NCBI GenBank assembly: GCA_045047305.1
Contig: JASFYO010000004.1
Coordinates: 1-64,000 of the forward strand
Direction of reading: 5' to 3'
Source: Planctomycetota bacterium
GTDB taxonomy: Bacteria > Planctomycetota > UBA1135
DNA length: 64,000 nt
Position numbers and translations under genes: made by a program
Notes under the pieces: model-generated
The model's input: the letters and a program-made list of their open reading frames with translations, nothing else
What the model was told of the DNA's origin: nothing
Database searches by the model: none
In this document: piece after piece, positions 56,414 to 64,000 of the stretch
How the letters are laid out: the number at the start of each line of letters is the position of its first letter
How positions within the stretch are numbered: the stretch's first letter is position 1

Positions 56414-57433
56414 CTATATTTTAGCGAGCCGCTTACCTGTAACGGCCGCCATAATCCGAGCATCGGCCACTAGCGCCGAGAGTTCTCCGGGAAGCAAAGC
56501 TTGGTCGGCATCGCTACGAGCGACTTTCGGATTCGGGTGCATTTCGACGGTGAGACCATCTGCACCCGCAGCAATCGAGGCCCTGGCAAGAGGGCGAATG
56601 TAACGCGCAACACCAACCGCGTGCGCTGGGTCGACCACAATAGGAAGGTGGGTCCATTCCCGCAGAAGTGGAAGAACGGTAAGGTCTAGCGTATTGCGGG
56701 TTGCTGTTTCGTAAGTGCGGATTCCACGTTCACACAACATCACCTGGGAGCAACCGAACGCAAGTAAGTATTCGGCGCTGTAAAGCCATTCGTCGACTGT
56801 GCCAGCGAGTCCACGTTTCAGGAGGACGGGAATCCCACTAGTGCCAACCGCTTTCAACAAACTAAAGTTTTGCATGTTGCGTGCACCAATTTGTAGGCAA
56901 TCGATGTCGTGGTCGATAAACGCAGGAAGCTGTGCCGCATCCATGATTTCTGAAACCACGGGAAGGTCGTTGGCCTCGCCAGCATCTTTCAACCGACGTA
57001 GACCCTCCACTCCATATCCTTGAAACGAATAGGGAGAAGTGCGCGGCTTATAAGCTCCACCTCGCAGGATCTGCGCTCCTGCAGCTTTGACCCCGGCAGC
57101 GGCTTCTTCCAAGTGTTCGTCCACGCTGCATGGCCCTGCCATGATGGATATCTCTCCCCCGCCGATACGTGCATTGCCGATTTGCACCACTTGAGGTTTC
57201 TCGCGAAAAGCGCGCGCTGCAAGTTGCCAGGCGCCGCGTGGAACCACGATTTCTTCCACCGCCGCGTCCGCCCGCAACTCATCCATTAAGCCACTTGGCG
57301 GCTTATCCACCGCTGCAAAGATCGGACGCGCACTCTCTGGCGACAACCGCGTCCGAATGCCTTCTCTTTCCAAGCGCTCGCGAAGCTCTTGCACCTTCTC
57401 CGACGAAGTCCCAATGCGCATGCGGAAAATCAT
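56414..57433 (-). CDS. aroF: DAHP synthase, type I-beta (canonical)
   Basis: AGPCSV, GGAYKPRTSPYSFQG, IGARNMQN, KRG, CERG, DPAH, EMHP, SD. Confidence 0.95.
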   Translation of the reverse strand: MIFRMRIGTSSEKVQELRERLEREGIRTRLSPESARPIFAAVDKPPSGLMDELRADAAVEEIVVPRGAWQLAARAFREKPQVVQIGNARIGGGEISIMAGPCSVDEHLEEAAAGVKAAGAQILRGGAYKPRTSPYSFQGYGVEGLRRLKDAGEANDLPVVSEIMDAAQLPAFIDHDIDCLQIGARNMQNFSLLKAVGTSGIPVLLKRGLAGTVDEWLYSAEYLLAFGCSQVMLCERGIRTYETATRNTLDLTVLPLLREWTHLPIVVDPAHAVGVARYIRPLARASIAAGADGLTVEMHPNPKVARSDADQALLPGELSALVADARIMAAVTGKRLAKI

Positions 57434-57639
57434 GATGTGCTCACCTGGTTTAGCTGCTGAAAAACGGCACGAATCACATCAGCGGAAACACTTCCATCGG
57501 CGCGGCGGAGTAAATCTTCTAACGCCACGTCTTCCAGTAAACCCTCGGATTTTTTGAAGAGACGTGCGCGTTCCTGAAAGAGTGCCAGCAAAGCCAAATC
57601 GATCTGCTGCATTTGAAAACGAAGAGAGGCTTGGTTCAT
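57430..57639 (-). CDS. Short, degenerate chorismate-mutase-like (AroQ) protein
   Basis: LR..MQQID..LL.L..ERA helix; ATGA overlaps with both trpA and aroF. Confidence 0.6.
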   Translation of the reverse strand: MNQASLRFQMQQIDLALLALFQERARLFKKSEGLLEDVALEDLLRRADGSVSADVIRAVFQQLNQVSTS

Positions 57640-58436
57640 TTCAATCCTTGGATGAGAGCGTGCACCATGTTGGCTGCAGCAACTGCACGATTGCCACGTT
57701 CCTGTTGTACCGCAAAAAGGTGCCGGACGAGTGCTGTCCCGACAATCGCGAGGTCCGCATGACGCACCGCATCATGCACATGTTCTGCACTTCCGATTCC
57801 AAATCCAACTGCAATCGGAACAGCGCTTAACTCCCGCGTGCGCTGAATGAAGCTTTGGGTTTCTTCATCAAAGGAAGTCGATACGCCTGTCACCCCAACG
57901 CGGCCAACCACATAAAGGAATCCCCTACTTCGACGCCCAGCTTCCTCCACCCGTGCCTCGGGAGAAGTCGGTGCCGCAAAAAAGATTGGGCAGATATTGG
58001 AACTTGCACATGCTCGTTCTACCGGGGCGCCCTCTTCGAGAGGCAAGTCTGGAATGATCAGCCCGTCGATGCCAGCAGTGGCCATGTCTTGCACGGTTTG
58101 GTCGATGCCATGACGCATCAATGGATTGGCGTAACTCATCAGAACAAGCGGCATATCGCCACCGGCAGCACGAAAGTTTTTCACCATGTCCAATATGCCG
58201 CGTAGGTTCGTGCCTGCATCGAGCGACCGTTGCGCTGCAGCTTGCAAGTGCGGGCCGTCGGCAATGGGATCAGAAAACGGAACGCCAAGCTCTACGCATG
58301 AAGCCCCTGCCGATTCCATCGCTTGTAACTCGTGCAATGTGCTTTCCAATCCACCTTCACCTGCAGTGAGATAAGGAGCAAGTCCCCGCGTATTGTTATC
58401 GCGTAAATGCTGAGTTAGAGAGACCAAGCGATTCAT
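57636..58436 (-). CDS. trpA: Tryptophan synthase alpha chain
   Basis: [32 protein letters not shown]. Confidence 0.96.
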   Translation of the reverse strand: MNRLVSLTQHLRDNNTRGLAPYLTAGEGGLESTLHELQAMESAGASCVELGVPFSDPIADGPHLQAAAQRSLDAGTNLRGILDMVKNFRAAGGDMPLVLMSYANPLMRHGIDQTVQDMATAGIDGLIIPDLPLEEGAPVERACASSNICPIFFAAPTSPEARVEEAGRRSRGFLYVVGRVGVTGVSTSFDEETQSFIQRTRELSAVPIAVGFGIGSAEHVHDAVRHADLAIVGTALVRHLFAVQQERGNRAVAAANMVHALIQGLK

Positions 58437-60229
58437 TGTTCTTCTCCCAGTTGCATCACGCTGTCCAAATCTTTATCGCCACGCCCTGACAAGTTCACTA
58501 AGACACGCTTGCCTTGCAGCGCCTCTCGATTTGCAATCACCCAAGCAATCGCATGGCTAGATTCCAAGGCAGGAACAATTCCCTCTAGCTGCGACAACCG
58601 CATGAATGCATCTAGAGCTTGAGTATCGGTTGCCGATTCGTAACGTGCGCGACCAAGCGCATGCAACGCAGCATGCTCAGGTCCCACCGCAGCATAATCC
58701 AAACCCGCACTCACACTGTGTGTGTGAAGGATTTGCCCGTCTTCATCTTGTAGCAACCAAGTGTGGCATCCATGTAGAACGCCCGGCACTCCACTCGCAA
58801 ATCGCGCCGCATGACGCCCGCTTTCAATGCCTTCACCGGCGGCTTCCACTCCCACCAGATCCACTTGCTCATGTTCCACGAACCCGCGAAAAATACCAAT
58901 GGCATTACTTCCACCGCCGACACAGGCCACAACCGTGTCCGGTAAGCCGCCGACTTGCGCTTCGAATTGAGCCACGGCTTCGCGCCCGATCACTTCTTGA
59001 AAACTTGCAACCAGCGCAGGGAAAGGGTGTGGGCCAAGGGCACTGCCAAGTAAATAATGCGCATCCGGATCACTAACCCACGCGCGCATGGCTTCATTGA
59101 TGGCGTCCTTCAATGTTTTTTGGCCGTGCTCGACCACAACCACTTTTGCCCCGAGCAACTCCATGCGCAGAACATTTGGACGTTGCCGCTCTGTATCCAC
59201 TGCGCCCATGTAAATCACGCATTCCAGCCCAAGCTTGGCACAAACGGTTGCGGTAGCAACACCATGCTGCCCGGCTCCGGTCTCAGCAAGGATGCGTGTC
59301 TTGCCCATGCGGGTTGCAAGCAGTGCCTGGCCAAGTGCATTATTCAACTTGTGTGCACCTGTATGAAGCAAGTCCTCGCGTTTCAACCAAACGTCGATAC
59401 CAAGTTCTTCAGAAAGTCGATTCGCAAACGTTAGTGGCGTTGCACGCCCAGCATAATTGCAAAGCAAATCATCAAGCTCTTCCTGAAAGGATGGGTCCAC
59501 ACTAGCTTCGCGCCAAGCTTGCTCCAGCTCCAACAAGGATGGCATTAATGTTTCCGGCGCGAACTGTCCGCCAAACCCTGCAAAGCTTGGCCCCGCGCGT
59601 TCTGCATCCAAAGCGGCATGAGCTGAGGTAATGAATTCCTTCACCATAGTTTGATCCTTGATTCCAGGTTCTGATTCCAAACGACTACTGGCATCGACCC
59701 CAAGCGGGCGCACTTGCTGGACGGCTTCCTCTACCCGAGATGCATCTAATCCTCCGGCGAGCAAACACGGACCCAACTTCACCAAAGCCGATGCCATGCC
59801 TAAATCCACCACTTCTCCACTCCCGCCTGCGAACCCAGGCTTTTCCAGTACAAAACACCGTGAGATGTCGGCCCATAGTTGCATTTGATCGGATGCTGCT
59901 GCGTCGACTCCAATCCGTCGAAAAATTGGGTATGGAAAATCTTTCCACTCGGCTGCGATTTCGTTTCCGCAGAGCTGCACAGCATTTGCACCAGTTTGTT
60001 TTACCAGTCGCTCCAACGCTTGTGGCGAAGGATCGACGACCACCAACACCTTCCAGATGTCCTGCGGCACTGCTGCAAAAACTGCACGCGCTGGTTCGGC
60101 ATCCAAATGACGCGGCGATGCAGCAACATGCACCACTCCCACCGCATCGGCACCGCAGCGCACTGCAAAAGCCGCATCCTCTGGAGAATGCAAACCGCAT
60201 ACTTTCACCGAAGGCAAGGCTAACGGCAT
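58433..60229 (-). CDS. trpFB: Fused phosphoribosylanthranilate isomerase (TrpF) - tryptophan synthase beta chain (TrpB)
   Basis: N-terminal [21 protein letters not shown]-terminal FGGQF, KREDL..TGAHK (PLP Lys), [21 protein letters not shown]. Confidence 0.93.
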   Translation of the reverse strand: MPLALPSVKVCGLHSPEDAAFAVRCGADAVGVVHVAASPRHLDAEPARAVFAAVPQDIWKVLVVVDPSPQALERLVKQTGANAVQLCGNEIAAEWKDFPYPIFRRIGVDAAASDQMQLWADISRCFVLEKPGFAGGSGEVVDLGMASALVKLGPCLLAGGLDASRVEEAVQQVRPLGVDASSRLESEPGIKDQTMVKEFITSAHAALDAERAGPSFAGFGGQFAPETLMPSLLELEQAWREASVDPSFQEELDDLLCNYAGRATPLTFANRLSEELGIDVWLKREDLLHTGAHKLNNALGQALLATRMGKTRILAETGAGQHGVATATVCAKLGLECVIYMGAVDTERQRPNVLRMELLGAKVVVVEHGQKTLKDAINEAMRAWVSDPDAHYLLGSALGPHPFPALVASFQEVIGREAVAQFEAQVGGLPDTVVACVGGGSNAIGIFRGFVEHEQVDLVGVEAAGEGIESGRHAARFASGVPGVLHGCHTWLLQDEDGQILHTHSVSAGLDYAAVGPEHAALHALGRARYESATDTQALDAFMRLSQLEGIVPALESSHAIAWVIANREALQGKRVLVNLSGRGDKDLDSVMQLGEEQ

Positions 60230-61008
60230 GAGGAGTCCTCAGCTAAACGGGTGGTCCATTGCTGCAGGCGATTTATCGCTTGCATGAGCGCTGTGCCGAC
60301 TAAGGCTGCATCGGCGCCGGCATCGCGCACCCGCAGGAGCTGCTCATAATCATGGATCCCGCTTTCGGCCACACGCACAAAGGCCTCCGGCACCTGCGGC
60401 AATAAATCCAAGGTAGTTTGCAGGTCAATCTCAAAGGTGCGTAAATCCCGTGCGTTGACACCGATGCAATCAGGATGCGCTGCCAGTGCACGTTCTAATT
60501 CCCTTGCATCATGAACTTCACAGAGCACCGCCATATCGAGTTCTTGCGCCATCACGGTCAACTCTGCTAATGCCTCGCCCTCAAGGCAAACAGCCATCAA
60601 CAAGATGGCATCGGCACCGGCATTCGCACTCTCTTGCACCATCCACGGAGTGAGAATGAAGTCTTTGCGTAAGAGTGGAAGTCCTGACCCAGCAGCTCGT
60701 AGCAAATGATCGAGACAACCATCGAAGTAGTCTTGCTCAGTAAGTACAGAAATAGCGGAGGCACCCTGTTCCGCATAAGACTTGCAGCGCTCCTCCACCG
60801 AATCTTGTGTTTCTAGGACTCCAGCAGTTGGCGCTTTGCGTTTGTGCTCTGCAAGGATGGAGAGATTGCCGTTGCGTAAGGCCTCTATAAAAGCGGCACG
60901 CCCGCCGTTAGGCACTCCAAAAACTTCGGCCTCTGAGTGGCGTCGGGTTTCGGCGCGAGCTTCTACCGCATCTAAGATAGGACCAAGTTTAGTTTCAGAT
61001 AATTTCAT
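60220..61008 (-). CDS. trpC: Indole-3-glycerol phosphate synthase
   Basis: [32 protein letters not shown]; start taken at ATG 61008. Confidence 0.94.
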   Translation of the reverse strand: MKLSETKLGPILDAVEARAETRRHSEAEVFGVPNGGRAAFIEALRNGNLSILAEHKRKAPTAGVLETQDSVEERCKSYAEQGASAISVLTEQDYFDGCLDHLLRAAGSGLPLLRKDFILTPWMVQESANAGADAILLMAVCLEGEALAELTVMAQELDMAVLCEVHDARELERALAAHPDCIGVNARDLRTFEIDLQTTLDLLPQVPEAFVRVAESGIHDYEQLLRVRDAGADAALVGTALMQAINRLQQWTTRLAEDSSCR

Positions 61009-62030
61009 TTTATCCCTCCGCAAACCGCCTGACTCGTCTCCACTAAGCGCGCAAGCATCCCCTTTGCCAACCCGGAATCCAAAGCCTCTGCAGCACGTGC
61101 GATGCCATCAAGTAAATCATGCGCTACTTCGGCCAAGACTAAAGTGGCAGCGCTATTCAATAACACCACATCGCGGATGGGACCCACTTCTCCCTGAAAA
61201 AGATCGTGCAACATCCCGAGATTGGTCGCGGCATCACCGCCGGCTAAAGCTGAATCCGCGACCGACATCAATCTGCATGCCGCCGCACTGAGATTGAACT
61301 CGGGCGCAGTTCCAAGAGCTTGGACCTGATTCAAGCCACTCAAAGTCAACTCATCGGCACCATCTGCGCCATGCACAACATAGCCACGCTCGCACCCAAG
61401 TGATTCCAGCAGGTATGCGTAATCCTGTAGTCGTCCGGCATCACTAATTCCAAGCAACTGCCGCTTCACTTTTCCTGGGTGCACTAAGGGACCAACGAAA
61501 TTGAACAAGGTGCGTCGACCAAGTGAGCGACGCACGGATGCGACATGGCGCATGGAAGGATGGAAAGCTGGGGCAAAAAGAAATACGACTCCGCAGGTCT
61601 CTAAGACCTCTGCGGCTTGGGCGGGATTTAGCTCGAGCTGCACACCCGCAGATTCGAGGAGATCCGCGCTTCCACACTGAGAGGAAACGCTGCGGTTTCC
61701 ATGCTTCACCACTTTGGCGCCGGCTGCAGCTGCAACAAAAGCGGTTGCTGTGCTTACATTGAAAGAGTCCTTGCCATCGCCACCCGTGCCGCAAGTATCT
61801 ACCGCGCCTTTTGGCATATTCTCAAACGGAATCATGGCTCCGCGCAGGGCCAAGACTGCACCGAGGATTTCGTCGGCAGTCTCGCCACGATCCGCCAAAG
61901 CAACCAACAAATCAGAAAGTTGTTGCTCCGAAAAACCAGGCGTTAACACACCCTCCATCACCGCTTGCATTTGCGGAGCAGAGAGCATGCCACCCTCACG
62001 CACATACTCGGTGGCGGTTTGCAGATTCAT
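61005..62030 (-). CDS. trpD: Anthranilate phosphoribosyltransferase
   Basis: DTCGTGGD, NVST, KHGNRSVSS..GSAD, RTLFN, DE; start taken at ATG 62030. Confidence 0.95.
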   Translation of the reverse strand: MNLQTATEYVREGGMLSAPQMQAVMEGVLTPGFSEQQLSDLLVALADRGETADEILGAVLALRGAMIPFENMPKGAVDTCGTGGDGKDSFNVSTATAFVAAAAGAKVVKHGNRSVSSQCGSADLLESAGVQLELNPAQAAEVLETCGVVFLFAPAFHPSMRHVASVRRSLGRRTLFNFVGPLVHPGKVKRQLLGISDAGRLQDYAYLLESLGCERGYVVHGADGADELTLSGLNQVQALGTAPEFNLSAAACRLMSVADSALAGGDAATNLGMLHDLFQGEVGPIRDVVLLNSAATLVLAEVAHDLLDGIARAAEALDSGLAKGMLARLVETSQAVCGGIK

Positions 62031-62614
62031 CGCGACACCACCTCGCCGGCAGTTTGCAGAAACTTCTCTAAGATGCGATCTCCTTGCGGAGTCAAGATCG
62101 ATTCGGGGTGAAACTGCACACCAAACCATGGGCGCTCCCGGTGTTGCACTGCCATCACTAATCCTTCCTCCGTCCAGGCGCACAACTCAAGCTCCGCTGG
62201 CAGCTCTTCACGAACGGCACGCAAACTGTGATAGCGCCCGGCCTGAAAAGGATTGGGCAAACCTTGAAAAAGAGGCGCTTGCTCCAACACATGCACCATC
62301 GCTGGTTTTCCATGAGTTGGAATCGGGTCTAGTTCCAACTTACCGCCCAAAGCTTCTACCAATGCTTGATGACCCAAACATACCCCGAGAAGTGGCATAT
62401 CTGCCGGGAGAGCCCGAATCAAATCCAAACAAATGCCTGCGCTTTGCGGGCGTCCGGGGCCTGGGCTCAGGACAATGCCGGATACGCCCTTCGCTAAAAC
62501 CTCCTCAACGGTAATGCGGTCATTGCGCACGACTTCGACCTGCGCACCGGAAGCTGCCAGAGATTGGTAGAGGTTGTAGGTAAAGGAATCGTAGTTATCT
62601 AGAAGCAGAATCAT
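62027..62614 (-). CDS. trpG: Anthranilate synthase component II (glutamine amidotransferase)
   Basis: DNYDSFTYNL, SPGPG, GVCLGHQ, RYHSL, QFHPES. Confidence 0.96.
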   Translation of the reverse strand: MILLLDNYDSFTYNLYQSLAASGAQVEVVRNDRITVEEVLAKGVSGIVLSPGPGRPQSAGICLDLIRALPADMPLLGVCLGHQALVEALGGKLELDPIPTHGKPAMVHVLEQAPLFQGLPNPFQAGRYHSLRAVREELPAELELCAWTEEGLVMAVQHRERPWFGVQFHPESILTPQGDRILEKFLQTAGEVVSR

Positions 62615-64000
62615 TTGCTGACCTCCGTTGCCGACGCTTGAGTCAAGGCGTGGGAGCCCGCAAGGCGCAAGGCCAGGAACAGTGCATCGGCCTTCTCTAA
62701 GGTTTCTTGATACTCACGTTCTGGTCGCGAATCAAACACAATACCTGCGCCGGCTTGCACCGAAACAGTATCCTCGCGCACGACAAAAGTGCGAATGGTG
62801 ATGGCCATATCGAGGTTTCCACTCGAATCTAAATAGCCAAAAGCACCGGCATAGGGTCCTCGGGTTTCAGTTTCAATCGAGGCAATCAATTCCATGGCCC
62901 GAATCTTAGGCGCACCACTTACAGTCCCTGCCGGGAAGCTTGCGGCCAACGCGTCCATGGGAGTTTGATTCGTTGCTAAATCACATTCCACCCGGCTTAC
63001 CAAATGTTGCACCCGCGCGAACTTTTCTAATGCCATATTCTCCTTTACCTCGACGGTGCCGAAACGTGCGATGCGCCCAAGATCATTGCGCGCAAGATCC
63101 ACCAACATGGCATGCTCTGCCTTCTCCTTCTGGTCCGCCAACAACTCGGCGCCTAGACGATCATCCTCTGCTTCATCCTTGCCTCGTGCTCGAGTGCCTG
63201 CAATCGGGCGGTTTTCAACTCGGCCTGATTGCACTGAAACTAATCGCTCTGGAGAACTCCCCACTAAGGTGATACCAGTTCCTTCAAAGTAAAACATATG
63301 CGGTGATGGGTTGGTCAAGCGCAATGCGCGGTACAAAGCAAAAGGGTCGCCTGAAAACTTCTGCTCGAATCGCTGCGATAATACTGCCTGAAAGATTTCC
63401 CCTTCCGCAATCGCGGCCTGCAAGGTAGTGACGCCAGCTTCGAAAGTCTCCCGATCCATGTTCGAAGTAGGTCCATCCCCTAGCAGTTTGAAACTTTTAA
63501 CCTCTGGCTGGCTAGACCCGATTTCATCCACCAAAGCCTCCAATAGGCGCATCGATGACTCGAAATCGCTAGTTTGCTTACATGCCGTCATCAGGATTAA
63601 GCGTTGCGCTGCATGATCGAAGGCTATGACGGTTTCGAATAAATGGAATTCTGCAACTGGCAAACCCCAAGGATCTTCCACTGCGCAAGGCACTCGTTCT
63701 TCCAAGGTCGACGCCCATTCATAAGGCAAATAGCCAATCCAACCGCCGCGAAATGGTGGAAGAAAGCTGGGGGCATCGGGCGTGCGGGCACGGTCTGCCA
63801 ACTCTTGTAACTGGACGTGCGCCGCACCTTCCTCGGCGATGAACTTATCCACGGGGTCCAACGCAAGAAAGGAGTAGCGTGCAATGCGATCTGGGCCTTC
63901 TGCCGATTCCAATAAGCAAACACGGTGTCCGCGTCCGCGCAAGGCAAGGAACAGGCGCACCGGCGTGTGCAAATCCGAAGGCCGCTCTAACCAAGTTAGG
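62611..64000 (-). CDS. trpE: Anthranilate synthase component I (5'-truncated by the window edge)
   Basis: LLES, SSPE, PIAGT, EHAMLVDLARND, PAGTVSGAPK, AGAGIV; frame is open to position 64000. Confidence 0.95.
   Translation of the reverse strand, partial: LTWLERPSDLHTPVRLFLALRGRGHRVCLLESAEGPDRIARYSFLALDPVDKFIAEEGAAHVQLQELADRARTPDAPSFLPPFRGGWIGYLPYEWASTLEERVPCAVEDPWGLPVAEFHLFETVIAFDHAAQRLILMTACKQTSDFESSMRLLEALVDEIGSSQPEVKSFKLLGDGPTSNMDRETFEAGVTTLQAAIAEGEIFQAVLSQRFEQKFSGDPFALYRALRLTNPSPHMFYFEGTGITLVGSSPERLVSVQSGRVENRPIAGTRARGKDEAEDDRLGAELLADQKEKAEHAMLVDLARNDLGRIARFGTVEVKENMALEKFARVQHLVSRVECDLATNQTPMDALAASFPAGTVSGAPKIRAMELIASIETETRGPYAGAFGYLDSSGNLDMAITIRTFVVREDTVSVQAGAGIVFDSRPEREYQETLEKADALFLALRLAGSHALTQASATEVSK

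Overview
Gene-dense bacterial chromosome segment with about 55 supportable CDS. I saw no rRNA, tRNA, CRISPR array or mobile element. The DUF1800/DUF1501 pair, a HEAT-vWA protein and the style of the secreted proteins suggest Planctomycetota; this is inference only. The left third (1-22 kb) is accessory/envelope: YgfZ, a TetR with a Tat-exported flavin amine oxidase, DUF1800/DUF1501, two putative outer-membrane beta-barrels, MutY, and secreted proteins that appear to share an unnamed ~120-aa C-terminal domain. The rest is mostly minus-strand central metabolism. It holds ADP-forming acyl-CoA synthetase-lipB-lpdA, icd, a DAHP synthase with a prephenate dehydrogenase/chorismate mutase fusion, and a full alternative complex III (actABC-DE-F) plus A2-type caa3 oxidase operon. 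It also holds a lipA-E1a-E1b-E2-E1a' 2-oxoacid dehydrogenase operon, a NorC/NorB-like pair and a trp operon (trpE-G-D-C-FB-A, CM-like, aroF). The most striking item is the NorB-like heme-copper-superfamily subunit (52614-54020). It has lost the helix-VI His/Glu metal ligands, has a Met in place of the second low-spin heme His, and is paired with a di-heme NorC-like cytochrome, so it is probably not a canonical NO reductase.
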